DNA of 64,000 nt, from the IMG/VR virus record IMGVR_UViG_3300005611_000002, positions 32,001-96,000 of that record, one strand, 5' to 3'. A program made the position numbers and the translations under genes. The notes below the pieces were generated by a model. That model ran no database searches. It was not told the DNA's origin and saw only the letters and a list, made by a program, of their open reading frames with translations. This DNA comes from a virus. Its lineage: Duplodnaviria; Caudoviricetes. Numbering within the stretch: the first letter of the stretch is position 1; each line of letters begins with the position of its first letter. Shown in pieces: positions 1 through 9,696 of the stretch.

Positions 1-138
1 GGATGAAGAAAAATCCAGGCAAGTATAACATGAACAAGTGGAAGACTTTTGAAAATGCGCTTGAAAAATACCGCGTAATAAAACACGATCTTCGAAAAGT
101 TTCAGGAATTCCCGATAGTTACGTTTACGAGATAAGAA

Positions 139-744
139 ATGACCGTAGTAACCGATAACACTTGTTTCATTCATATTCCGAAAAATGCTGGTACCAGCAT
201 AACAAACTGGATGAAAGAAAATACTCAGTCCTATAATCTCGTGAAGCCTGGAACAAATGGAAAATATGAATTAGGAAAACACGCGAAGCAACCTGTTATA
301 GAAAGCTTTTTGAAACAGCACTCCATTGAAGTCAAAATGTTTTTCTGCGTAATTAGAAATCCTTGGGATCGCGTTTACAGTGGATACAAATACTACAATC
401 AAAAAAGAAAAATGGTTAAAGTATCATTTGAGCAATGGATAAAAGAAGGTTTTGTAGACAGAAAACAGAGGCATAGATATAAAAGAGAATGGGGCTGTGT
501 TACGTATCCAGCAACCGATTATTGGATTGTTGATGATAGCAAAATAGATTATATTCTTCGTTACGAAAACTTAAATAAAGACTTTGAGCTCATACAAGAT
601 TACTTAGGAATTCATAAAAAGTTGCCAAATCTCAATGCTACTAAAAGTAAGTCAAATTACCAAGAGTTTTACACAAAAGAAATGATAGATATAGTATATA
701 AACAGCACATAGAAGACATCAGAAAATATGGATACGAATTTTGA
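139..744 (+). CDS. Sulfotransferase family 2-like protein
   Basis: FIHIPKNAGTSI (5'-PSB motif), VIRNPWDRVYSGY (3'-PB motif), RYENLNKDF. Confidence 0.85.
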   Translation: MTVVTDNTCFIHIPKNAGTSITNWMKENTQSYNLVKPGTNGKYELGKHAKQPVIESFLKQHSIEVKMFFCVIRNPWDRVYSGYKYYNQKRKMVKVSFEQWIKEGFVDRKQRHRYKREWGCVTYPATDYWIVDDSKIDYILRYENLNKDFELIQDYLGIHKKLPNLNATKSKSNYQEFYTKEMIDIVYKQHIEDIRKYGYEF

Positions 745-745
745 A

Positions 746-1444
746 ATGAAAGCTTACGCAATAGTTATTTCTGGTAACGAGACTTCAGAAAAAGGCTACA
801 AGAACTTGATGAAGAGTTCTTCACGAGTCGATAACGAGTTCTTTATTGAAAAGTTTGATGCAGTAACTCCAGAAAGAGTAGATGATCTCATAAAAGAACT
901 CGATATAGAATGGACTTGGCCTCATACAGGATCAGTATTCAGTAAAAAGACTGGAATTAAAAAAGTTGGTTACGGCGGCAAAGATCCTCGCCGAAGAAGA
1001 GCGTGCGGAATGAGTCACTATTTACTTTGGAAACAGTGTGCAGAGACTGAAGAACCGCTTCTTGTATTTGAACACGATGCCATCTTTACTGCTAAGCTTC
1101 CATTGGAACCTCTTCTGAATTGTGAATATTCGATCATAGGTTTGAACAACCCATATGGAGCTACTCGTCTTCCACACAAATATGATGCCATAGTACAAAA
1201 AAGTACTGAAGAGATACTTCCAGTTCCTGAGATTGATAAGGAATTTATTGCTCAAGGTATTGCAGGAAACTCTGCTTATATGATCAAACCTGCTGGAGCT
1301 CAGAAGTTACTTGAGCTTGTAAAGGAGCACGGCATGTGGAATAATGATGCAATTATGTGCAGACAATTGATGCCAGACATGATAGGTGTCACAAAAACAT
1401 ATTATACAACAGTGCAAAAACTACCAAGCACAACTATGGGTTAA
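746..1444 (+). CDS. Glycosyltransferase family 25-like protein
   Basis: FDAVTP, ACGMSHYLLWKQC, LVFEHDA, AYMIKPAGAQKLL motifs; ATG at 746 preferred over 728. Confidence 0.75.
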   Translation: MKAYAIVISGNETSEKGYKNLMKSSSRVDNEFFIEKFDAVTPERVDDLIKELDIEWTWPHTGSVFSKKTGIKKVGYGGKDPRRRRACGMSHYLLWKQCAETEEPLLVFEHDAIFTAKLPLEPLLNCEYSIIGLNNPYGATRLPHKYDAIVQKSTEEILPVPEIDKEFIAQGIAGNSAYMIKPAGAQKLLELVKEHGMWNNDAIMCRQLMPDMIGVTKTYYTTVQKLPSTTMG

Positions 1445-1448
1445 ATAC

Positions 1449-2111
1449 ATGTGGAAAAAGAGAGAAGACTGCCAAAAATTTAGACATTACGGCCTTCAAA
1501 GAAGTGGAACAAATTTTTTGGAAGGCTTGATGTACAGATACTTTGAAGTTTGGTGTCGTAATGGTGGATCTGGACCAAAGTGGAAACATTCTCTTGAGAT
1601 GGCTCCATTTGAAAGTGATATGTTTTATCTCGTCATAGCAAAAAATCCTTACTTATGGATAGAAAGTATTGCGTTTCGAAATCCAATGGATTATTTAGAA
1701 AGACAAAAACTTTATTCAGCAGGAGAACCAACTTCAGCAGATTTAATGGCGGGACCCAATAAGATCAATGTGATCAATACGGCAAAAACTTGGAATCATT
1801 TTTATAACAATTGGAAAGCCTTTGCCTCTTATGAAAAGGTATATTGCATGAAATATGAAGACTTACTAGTTGAAGAAAAAAGAAAATCAATACTCGAAGA
1901 TATTCACGTAAAATTTGGTTGTGAATGGAGGATTGACCCTTTGAAGTATAAGAAACCAGAAACTTCTATACTAGATCGAAAGCAAGATACGAATAAAACT
2001 AAGTACTATTTGTCGGAAAGGCCAAAGAATCTGACAGATATTCAGATACGAGCAATTAGTGAAAATATTGATCAAGATCTATTCGATTTTTTCAGTTATG
2101 CGCGTTTATAA
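1449..2111 (+). CDS. Sulfotransferase-like P-loop protein
   Basis: GLQRSGTNFL, KNPYLWIES, MKYEDLL motifs; start at ATG 1449. Confidence 0.7.
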   Translation: MWKKREDCQKFRHYGLQRSGTNFLEGLMYRYFEVWCRNGGSGPKWKHSLEMAPFESDMFYLVIAKNPYLWIESIAFRNPMDYLERQKLYSAGEPTSADLMAGPNKINVINTAKTWNHFYNNWKAFASYEKVYCMKYEDLLVEEKRKSILEDIHVKFGCEWRIDPLKYKKPETSILDRKQDTNKTKYYLSERPKNLTDIQIRAISENIDQDLFDFFSYARL

Positions 2112-2114
2112 ATA
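2107..2114 (+). promoter_or_regulatory. T4-type late promoter TATAAATA
   Basis: Exact gp55 consensus upstream of the 2146 gene cluster; further copies at 7850, 14814, 18772 and 49613 (+), and 61676 and 62692 (-, upstream of gp23 and gp22). Confidence 0.8.
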
Positions 2115-2145
2115 ACATAGAAACTTTATGTAAAAAGAGGCATTC

Positions 2146-5100
2146 ATGGCTGAGAAAAAAAAGAACAAGAAAAAGTTCAGTGAGCACGATCCCGAAAAAT
2201 ATATCAATCTGGAACCTACAATTCGAGAGGCAAAAAACTCGACTGCGGTCATATCATTTGGTCGTATGAATCCAATCACGAGTGGACACGAGAAGCTGAT
2301 CAATAAGGTGATTGCAGAGGCTCTTCGTATCAAAGCCACACCTATGGTTTTCATGTCACATTCTCAGGACGCGAAGAAAAATCCACTTTCGTACTCAGAC
2401 AAGGTCAAGTTTGCTCGTCGTGCATTTGGTAAAGTGATCGTTCAGTCAAAAGCACGAACAATCATTGAAGTCGCGAAGGAACTTACTGGAAAGTTCGATC
2501 ATCTAGTAGTCGTTGTTGGTCAGGATCGTATCAAGGAATTTGATACTCTTCTCAACAAATACAATGGTAAAGAGTTCAATTTTGAAAGTATTGATGTCGT
2601 TTCAGCAGGAGCAAGAGATCCCGACTCAGAAGGAGTTGAAGGTATGTCTGCTTCCAAAATGCGAGGTTTTGCTCAGGAAGGTGACTTCGAAAACTTCAAA
2701 AAGGGGCTGCCAAGAAAACTTCAATCGTCCGCAAAAGCAGTATATGATGCAGTCAGAAATGGTATGAACCTATCAGAAGAATATATGGAAGAAGAGTATC
2801 TCGAAGAACGAGGGCCTCTGTCGGTCATGCAAAGACGTCGTCGTGGCATGGTTATGAAAAGATACAAGTCTAAGATTGCTGCAGCTCGTAGAAGAGCTCG
2901 TCGTCGTAAAGCAAGCCCCGAAAAACTCAAAACAAGAGCACAAAGAAAGGCGCTTGAAATTATCCGTAAGAGACTTGCAAAGAATAAGAAATACTCCGAG
3001 ATGAGTCCAACCGAAAAAATTGCTCTTGACAAGCGTTTAGCAAGAGTATCAAAGGCTGTACTCAATCGTATTGCTAAAAGAGAATTGCCAAAGGTTCGTA
3101 AGGCTGAAGCTGAAAGATTAGCGTCAGTGCTTAAATCTAAAATCAAAAAAGAAGACTTGAATACAGTCTTTGAAAGCTTTATGATCGAAAAAGAAGATCC
3201 AGACGTGGGTCATCGTAAAGGATCTCAGCCAAAAGATTATTACAAGGGTGTAAAGAAGAGTGTCAAGGACGATCGCGCAAGACACTTTGAAAAGCATGGC
3301 AAGATGGACGATGATAATCCAGCAGCATATAAACCAGCACCTGGTGATAGTACTGCAAAGACAAAAACTTCAAAGCATACCAAAAAGTTCAAGCAGATGT
3401 TTGGTGAAGCATCTTGCGCAGATATAAGAGTTCGTAAAAGACCTCACATGGGTCTCAACAAGAACGGCAGCGCAAAGATCGACAAGAGATTCAAGATCTT
3501 TAAGAAAAAGATGAATGAAGACTATGATGATCCTGCAGAAGATCTAGCAAATCTGATTCTAGATCTGGACAGTTTCATAATGTCCGAAGAGTTTGATATA
3601 CTTATGGAGTCAGATCCAAAAGAAGCACTCAAGAAAAAAGCCGAAAAGACAGGTATCTCGTATGGTATTTTGAAAAAGGTCTTTGACCGCGGTGTTGCCG
3701 CCTGGAGGACTGGTCACCGTCCAGGGACAACACCTACTCAGTGGGGACTCGCGAGAGTGAATTCGTTTTCGACAAAGAGTAAAGGTACTTGGGGTAAAGC
3801 AGATAAAGATCTTGCTGCTAAAGTTCGTAAGGAAGAAGTAGAACTAAGCGAAAACTTTCTTGGAAAAATAAAAGGAGCATTGGGTCTTGGTTGGAACAAA
3901 ATAGGAGATACTGTTAGAGGATCAGTAATCTTAGATTACCTTGATAGTAATGACTTTTATGCAAGTCAAAATCTCGAGAAAAGAATTAAATCCAGCAAAT
4001 TTAAACTAATAGAACTTGATTTAGAAACTGCAAAAAAATATGCGGGTCGTACTGCTAAAAAGGCTAATGTTAGCAGTATGATCGATCCTGATAAAGAAAT
4101 GCATTCTCGTCAATGGAAATTAACGCGTGACAGTTTAATTAAAAGTCCGCCTGTACTAATGAGTGACGGTGATATACTTGACGGTAATCACAGGATAGAT
4201 CGTGCAATTAAACTAAAATTACCTAAAATTCCTGTTCTCATACAGGTAGGTAAAGGTACTTGGGGTAAAGCGGATAAAGATCTTGCAGCTAAGGTTCGCA
4301 AGGAAGAAATTGAACTTGATTCTTTCTTTGATCTCAATGAGAAATTCGAGCTTATGGAAGCTTCGATTATGGATAAAGCTTTAGCAGCTATTCACAAACA
4401 CGTAGTGCAAGGTACAGAGCTGAGTGACATCGCATTTCAGGTATCAAGAGCTCGCGGTGTAAATAAAAGTGGACGTGAACTTCAAAAAGCATACATAGCT
4501 AAACACGGTGAGCCAAAGAAAAAATCTGTTAGTCCACAGCGAACATCAGCTTTGAAAAAGAAGTATGGTTTTTCTGAAGCTAAAGAAATACAGTTCGAAC
4601 ACGGATCCTATAAGTCTTTGAACTTTGATATTTGTCCGAGTGCAAAAGCTGCATTCGATAAGAATGTAGAAGATGGCAAGTATGATCGAAAATTGCTTGA
4701 TGCTGCCAAAGCTGTTGATCGTTATCTTGGTATTGAAAAAGACCTAAGACTGAAAGACGAAGTGACAAAAGATGATCTAGATAAAATGACTGACGCTGTT
4801 GAAGCTGCTAAAGAAGAGATCAAAGAAGCAGGTTTAAAGGGTCATAATTATCACGAAATTCATATTGATAATGTCAAAGATATGATGAAAGATGATGTCA
4901 ATGAAAATGCTGCAACCGATGCCGTCAAAGCGAGAATCAAAGCAGAAAAACAGCGTGATGCTCGTAAACACGATCGTATGCTCGATCGCGCAAAAATGAA
5001 AGATCTCAAAACTAAATTGACTCAAGAAGGTTCAAAAGATCCAAGTGATCGTGAATGGGGAACTGACGGTCTTACAAAGACATATAAGAAAGATACTCCA

Positions 5101-5310
5101 GGTGAAGATCTGAAAGAAGAGTCTCCTTACGCGAAAGATCTACCAAGAGGATCACGAGTACGATTTTCAGTAAAAAAGATCACTGGAGAAGATTATGACG
5201 ATGAAGGTACTGTAGTCGGTACAGATGCGAATACACTTCGACTGCGTATTCGTGATAATAATGGACAACTTCATATAGTCAAACACGAAGACGCTGATAA
5301 GATTGGATAA
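2146..5310 (+). CDS. Large modular protein: N-terminal cytidylyltransferase-like (HxGH) domain, basic region, ParB/Srx-like module and further modules; probable processed head protein
   Basis: SFGRMNPITSGHEKL and MSASKMR nucleotidyltransferase motifs; ILDGNHR ParB/Srx motif; LxE/EEVEL linkers; late promoter. Confidence 0.7.
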   Translation: MAEKKKNKKKFSEHDPEKYINLEPTIREAKNSTAVISFGRMNPITSGHEKLINKVIAEALRIKATPMVFMSHSQDAKKNPLSYSDKVKFARRAFGKVIVQSKARTIIEVAKELTGKFDHLVVVVGQDRIKEFDTLLNKYNGKEFNFESIDVVSAGARDPDSEGVEGMSASKMRGFAQEGDFENFKKGLPRKLQSSAKAVYDAVRNGMNLSEEYMEEEYLEERGPLSVMQRRRRGMVMKRYKSKIAAARRRARRRKASPEKLKTRAQRKALEIIRKRLAKNKKYSEMSPTEKIALDKRLARVSKAVLNRIAKRELPKVRKAEAERLASVLKSKIKKEDLNTVFESFMIEKEDPDVGHRKGSQPKDYYKGVKKSVKDDRARHFEKHGKMDDDNPAAYKPAPGDSTAKTKTSKHTKKFKQMFGEASCADIRVRKRPHMGLNKNGSAKIDKRFKIFKKKMNEDYDDPAEDLANLILDLDSFIMSEEFDILMESDPKEALKKKAEKTGISYGILKKVFDRGVAAWRTGHRPGTTPTQWGLARVNSFSTKSKGTWGKADKDLAAKVRKEEVELSENFLGKIKGALGLGWNKIGDTVRGSVILDYLDSNDFYASQNLEKRIKSSKFKLIELDLETAKKYAGRTAKKANVSSMIDPDKEMHSRQWKLTRDSLIKSPPVLMSDGDILDGNHRIDRAIKLKLPKIPVLIQVGKGTWGKADKDLAAKVRKEEIELDSFFDLNEKFELMEASIMDKALAAIHKHVVQGTELSDIAFQVSRARGVNKSGRELQKAYIAKHGEPKKKSVSPQRTSALKKKYGFSEAKEIQFEHGSYKSLNFDICPSAKAAFDKNVEDGKYDRKLLDAAKAVDRYLGIEKDLRLKDEVTKDDLDKMTDAVEAAKEEIKEAGLKGHNYHEIHIDNVKDMMKDDVNENAATDAVKARIKAEKQRDARKHDRMLDRAKMKDLKTKLTQEGSKDPSDREWGTDGLTKTYKKDTPGEDLKEESPYAKDLPRGSRVRFSVKKITGEDYDDEGTVVGTDANTLRLRIRDNNGQLHIVKHEDADKIG
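3781..4316 (+). repeat. 65-bp imperfect direct repeat (3781-3845, 4252-4316) flanking a ParB/Srx-like module
   Basis: Both copies encode KGTWGKADKDLAAKVRKEE(V/I)EL. Confidence 0.9.
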
Positions 5311-5313
5311 ATT

Positions 5314-5757
5314 ATGTTGAGCTTCAAAGCTTATTTGCTTGAAACCCTGAAAATGCCTGCTAAATCAAGAACTCTTGGCGTTGATCGTAAAGAGATGCCG
5401 CAGATTGACGGAAAGCACACGAGTGATTTTTTATCGTATCTGAGTAAGAAGGGCATCAAGTCAAAAAAGAAAAGAATGGATCCTTCTGAGTTGAAGGCAA
5501 CTCAACACCAGTTTCATAAAACAAAGATACAGAGCTTACTTGACTACATGAATAAAGGTACTTATGATGATCAATATATACTCGTAAGTAAAGATAACTA
5601 TGTAATGGACGGTCATCATCGTTGGTTAGCTCACATGAATGCTAAAAAAGATATTGGTGTTCATCAGATCGGTATGAATGCAAAAGATCTTATTCAACTA
5701 ATGCACGAATATCCAAAATCATATACAAAGAAGTTGTACGAACATGAAATCATTTAA
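5314..5757 (+). CDS. ParB/Srx-like protein with capsid-targeting-like N-terminus
   Basis: LKATQ...ILVSKDNYVMDGHHRW; N-terminus MLSFKAYLLE. Confidence 0.7.
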   Translation: MLSFKAYLLETLKMPAKSRTLGVDRKEMPQIDGKHTSDFLSYLSKKGIKSKKKRMDPSELKATQHQFHKTKIQSLLDYMNKGTYDDQYILVSKDNYVMDGHHRWLAHMNAKKDIGVHQIGMNAKDLIQLMHEYPKSYTKKLYEHEII

Positions 5758-6805
5758 GTCATACATAAAAGAAACTCAAAGACTACAGGAAGGTGTGAAT
5801 GATCCTGCAATCTTCAAGGCAGTATTTCTTGCGGGTGGACCAGGTTCTGGTAAGTCATTTATTGTCGGAAAAACAGCTCTTACAGCTCTCGGTTTCAAAG
5901 TGATTAATTCTGATATCGCGTTTGAAACTGCTCTGCGTAAAGCAGGTCTTAAACCTACACCAGAAGACATTTATTCGCCAAAAGGCCAAGAAGTTCGAGG
6001 TCGTGCAAAAGCTCTTACAAAGAAAAAAATGAAACTTGCTATAGATGGTCGCTTAGGTCTTGTAATTGATGGCACAGGAAAAAATTATGCAAAAATAACA
6101 AATCAAGCAGAAATGCTGAGGGATCTTGGATATGAGGTTGCTATGATTTTTGTTAATACAGATCTTGATACTGCTATTAAACGTAATCAAAAAAGAGAAA
6201 GATCACTTCCAGATACTGAAGTGAAAAAAATGTGGAATGACGTTCAAAAGAATCTTGGTAAATTTCAAAACTTCTTTAGACAAAGAATGTTTATTGTTGA
6301 TAATTCAGAAGGATCTAATTACGAAGGTGCCGTTCTTTCTACCTATAAAAGAATATCACAGTGGGCGAAAACAAAACCCGCTTCACCTGCTGCAAAACAA
6401 TGGATCAAAACACAGCAAAATCTAAATGAACAAAAGTCCTGTGATCTTATTGGTATGGATCAAATTCGAGCGTTTGAAAAGTTTGTAGATCGTATGTTCG
6501 AAAAGTATGGAATTGACTTTAAGTTTACAAAACATTTTGGTGATCGCATGGGTGATGACCGAAACGATCCTTGCATTAAAATGAAAGAGCTTGCCGATTT
6601 TATCAAAAAGATTTATCAAAGACAAGGTAAGTCACTCAAAGGTGTAGCTGGAGCTGAAGCTGTGATCAAAGATATGCAATCAGACTTGAATATTCCAGTT
6701 GCTGTTGAGTACGACTCAAAAAATGATGAATTTGATGTTGTAATGAAAACAATCATGAGAAAGAAAAACTTCCGCACTCCAAATAAGGTTATCAAATATG
6801 ATTAG
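5744..6805 (+). CDS. Zeta-toxin/AAA_33-like P-loop kinase plus C-terminal domain; capsid-targeting-like N-terminus
   Basis: FLAGGPGSGKS Walker A, LVIDGTG, RNQKRER lid; N-terminus MKSFKSYIKE. Confidence 0.75.
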   Translation: MKSFKSYIKETQRLQEGVNDPAIFKAVFLAGGPGSGKSFIVGKTALTALGFKVINSDIAFETALRKAGLKPTPEDIYSPKGQEVRGRAKALTKKKMKLAIDGRLGLVIDGTGKNYAKITNQAEMLRDLGYEVAMIFVNTDLDTAIKRNQKRERSLPDTEVKKMWNDVQKNLGKFQNFFRQRMFIVDNSEGSNYEGAVLSTYKRISQWAKTKPASPAAKQWIKTQQNLNEQKSCDLIGMDQIRAFEKFVDRMFEKYGIDFKFTKHFGDRMGDDRNDPCIKMKELADFIKKIYQRQGKSLKGVAGAEAVIKDMQSDLNIPVAVEYDSKNDEFDVVMKTIMRKKNFRTPNKVIKYD

Positions 6806-7124
6806 TTTCAAGCAATACCTCGAAGAAAAAGCGTGCTGGAAGGGTTATCGTCAAGTAGGCATGAAGAAAAAAGGCGACCGAATGGTGCCTAACTGCGTGC
6901 CTGAAGAAGCAGAACTCGATGAAGGTTCTGAGTCTTGGGAAGCAGGATATAAGCGACGCGTGGTGAAGACTACTAAGCCGGAGCATAAAGAAAAAGGATA
7001 TAACTGGCGCATCAAAGGTAAGGATCGCCCTGAGATTAGTATCAAACTCTATAAGAAAAAACCTTCTCAGGCAGAGTTCAATAAACAGATGCGCAGAGTC
7101 GCAGGCCACGAGTTCGGAGGATAA
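6798..7124 (+). CDS. Small basic putative internal head protein
   Basis: MISFKQYLEE N-terminus; CWKGY...VPNCVP motif seen in T4-like phage proteins; ELDE linker. Confidence 0.6.
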   Translation: MISFKQYLEEKACWKGYRQVGMKKKGDRMVPNCVPEEAELDEGSESWEAGYKRRVVKTTKPEHKEKGYNWRIKGKDRPEISIKLYKKKPSQAEFNKQMRRVAGHEFGG

Positions 7125-7125
7125 T

Positions 7126-7677
7126 ATGAAAGCTTTCAAACAATACATGCACGAAGAGACTGTTCGTAAAGGTGTTGAATATCATGTAGAGAACTCAATA
7201 CCTCTTGCAGAATGTGTATTTCGTCCGCATAGCGAAGGTTTTTATCGTTTCTTCCAAGAAGCTCGCAGACAATATCACGAAGGTTTACTTCAAGTCACAG
7301 ATCCATTTGATATTGAATTGCTTGAAACAGATCTAGGTGATCATGGCGTGTATGAAGGTGAAGTAGTTCCTCTTGATATTCCCATGATGGAAGCTGAGTA
7401 TGATGGTAAAGATGTTGAACTTAATCAACCGAAACGCGGTGGACCAAAAAAGTTTTATGTGTATGTAAAAGACGGTGATAAAGTCAAAAAAGTTACATTT
7501 GGAGATACTACAGGTTTAGATGTTAATTTTGATGATATGTCTGCAAGAAAATCTTTTGCAGCTAGACATCAATGCCATCTCAAAAAAGATAGAACTACTC
7601 CAGGTTATTGGAGTTGCAATTTACCAAAATATGCATCTCAACTTGGACTTAAGAATGGTGGCTCATTCTATTGGTAA
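7126..7677 (+). CDS. Putative internal head protein (conserved in T4-like phages)
   Basis: MKAFKQYMHEE N-terminus; KKFYVYVKDG...SFAARHQC...YWSC domain. Confidence 0.6.
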   Translation: MKAFKQYMHEETVRKGVEYHVENSIPLAECVFRPHSEGFYRFFQEARRQYHEGLLQVTDPFDIELLETDLGDHGVYEGEVVPLDIPMMEAEYDGKDVELNQPKRGGPKKFYVYVKDGDKVKKVTFGDTTGLDVNFDDMSARKSFAARHQCHLKKDRTTPGYWSCNLPKYASQLGLKNGGSFYW

Positions 7678-7949
7678 TGAAACCTTATATTGATGAAAAA
7701 TTGAGTGAGCAGTCTTGGATACGAACATTTGATCCAAGTGTAACTGAAAATGAAGAATATGTATGGCACCGTGATCATAACGACCGCGTAGTAAAAGTAT
7801 TAGAAGGGAAGGGTTGGAAGTTCCAATTCGATAACGAGTTACCATTTGATATAAATAGTGGTGACAGCATTACAATTCCAAAAATGGTTTATCATCGAAT
7901 CATACCAAGTAATTCAAAACTAAGGATCAAGATCAATGAAAAGTTTTAA
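7677..7949 (+). CDS. Small cupin-fold protein
   Basis: WHRDHNDR...GWKFQFDNELP...IPKMVYHRI. Confidence 0.6.
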   Translation: MKPYIDEKLSEQSWIRTFDPSVTENEEYVWHRDHNDRVVKVLEGKGWKFQFDNELPFDINSGDSITIPKMVYHRIIPSNSKLRIKINEKF

Positions 7950-9234
7950 GAAATTTGTAGCAGAGTCTATTGAGCAGGAAGAGCTTGATGAAGCAGTTAT
8001 GCAGGGTTCAAAGGAACATCTCAAAAAACTACAAGGCATGCTCGATAAGGTAAAGCCAGGCTCTGTAGATCATAGCCAGATCAGAGGTGCTATTGAGTCG
8101 AAGTTTGGTAAGCAGCATATTCCAGCGAAGCACAGAAATGTAAAGCCAGATATGTATGAAGAAGTCGAGCTTGATGAAGCTTCAATCGAAAAACTTACCA
8201 GAGACAGAAACACTGTTTCTGGCCCTCTTGCCGATCGCAGAAAAGAGACCCTAAGAAAAAAGATAAAAGACGCTCGTAAAGCAGAAGAAGATAAGATTAG
8301 AAAAAATCTTGGCTTGGATGAAAAACTCAAGGCGTCTGATGATATGGGTGATTGGGTAAAGGACTTCCAAAAGTCTGATGCACCCCAGTTTAAAGGCAAG
8401 TCACAGAAAAAGCGTCAACAAATGGCTGTTGCTGCTAAGCTTGCTGCTGAAAGAAATGAAGAAGTCGAACTTGACGAAGCAGAGACAAAGTATGTGATCA
8501 AGCACAAAAAGACTAAACAAGTTTTGAATACGCATGATGACTACGCAACTGCTAAGGATGAGCATGAGGGTCTGGGTGCAGACAAAAAAGATTATGGCGT
8601 TTATAAACAGACCAAGAAGGATGCTGCTCTTCGTAATCGTAATACCTATCGTGAAGAAGTCGAGCTTGATGAAAAACTTGCAACCCATATAGTACGTGGT
8701 GATACCTACGTAGGTGTACCTGATCGTGTAGTTGCTCAAGCAAAAGATAAAGTCAAGAAAATGAATCCATCGACTGCGAGTGATCATCAAAAGGCAATAA
8801 ATAAGGTTCTTTCTGACATGGGCTGGGAAATGACTGCTGGTGGTAAATATGTAAGAGAAGAAATCGAGCTTGAGGACTATGATCCAAATGCGCAGATGGT
8901 TAAAAGGGAAGTTCAAAAAGCTAATGCAAATAGAAAAATTGCAGCAGCTAGAAATAAATCTCTAAACGTAAAAAGACAGACATCTCCAAAACCACTAAAT
9001 AAAGAAGAAGTCAACGAGTCGAATGATATAAAAATGGTTCGTCTAGGTCAAAAAATGCTCGATCTCGCACCAAAAGAAAAGAACGACATGATCTCGAACG
9101 CCTATTCAAAACTTGGTGATGCACTTACAAGATATGGTACAGACTTTGGGCCAAAAAATGTCAAAGATCTTGAAAAGAGAACAGGGCTGAATCAAAGAAT
9201 TATTATGGACCTCATCAAAAGAGCACAACAATAA
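7936..9234 (+). CDS. Putative internal head polyprotein with repeated EEVELDE linkers
   Basis: MKSFKKFVAE N-terminus; near-identical linker codons at 8158, 8458, 8653 and 8857. Confidence 0.65.
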   Translation: MKSFKKFVAESIEQEELDEAVMQGSKEHLKKLQGMLDKVKPGSVDHSQIRGAIESKFGKQHIPAKHRNVKPDMYEEVELDEASIEKLTRDRNTVSGPLADRRKETLRKKIKDARKAEEDKIRKNLGLDEKLKASDDMGDWVKDFQKSDAPQFKGKSQKKRQQMAVAAKLAAERNEEVELDEAETKYVIKHKKTKQVLNTHDDYATAKDEHEGLGADKKDYGVYKQTKKDAALRNRNTYREEVELDEKLATHIVRGDTYVGVPDRVVAQAKDKVKKMNPSTASDHQKAINKVLSDMGWEMTAGGKYVREEIELEDYDPNAQMVKREVQKANANRKIAAARNKSLNVKRQTSPKPLNKEEVNESNDIKMVRLGQKMLDLAPKEKNDMISNAYSKLGDALTRYGTDFGPKNVKDLEKRTGLNQRIIMDLIKRAQQ

Positions 9235-9246
9235 GGAGAAACTCAA

Positions 9247-9696
9247 ATGGGAAGCTGGGGAAAGACTGATACATTAGCAGACGCACCAAAGTGGCTAGAT
9301 GCTAATGATCCAAACGCGTCTAACGATCTAGACTACGCATTCATGGTTGACGTAGACGAAGCACGCGTAGATAGCAACCGTGATAAAGGACTAAAAACAC
9401 CAGGTTGGAACCTTTACAAAGAGTACACAGACCAAAATGGTAATACTCGTCGCATGGTCGAGCCACTTGTAGTCATGAAGGTAACGCCTGAAGTTGCTGG
9501 AGACGTTGGCGTAAATGTAATCACTGCGCCTAACATGGTAGCCGGTGAAACATATACTATCGTAGAAGTTGGAAATACTGACTTTACAGCAGTCGGTGCT
9601 GCAAATAATGAAGTTGGACTTGTATTTACTGCTAATAACTCCGCAACCGGTAGTGGTACAGTAACTGAAGAAGATGATACCGTAGCAGATAGCTAA
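9247..9696 (+). CDS. Putative virion structural protein
   Basis: Strong RBS; late cluster; WG...PKW...GW motif of T4-like structural proteins. Confidence 0.5.
   Translation: MGSWGKTDTLADAPKWLDANDPNASNDLDYAFMVDVDEARVDSNRDKGLKTPGWNLYKEYTDQNGNTRRMVEPLVVMKVTPEVAGDVGVNVITAPNMVAGETYTIVEVGNTDFTAVGAANNEVGLVFTANNSATGSGTVTEEDDTVADS

Noticed and set aside
5744-6805. Zeta/epsilon toxin-antitoxin module
   Set aside because: No antitoxin-like partner is present; the late context and capsid-targeting-like N-terminus favour a virion-associated kinase.
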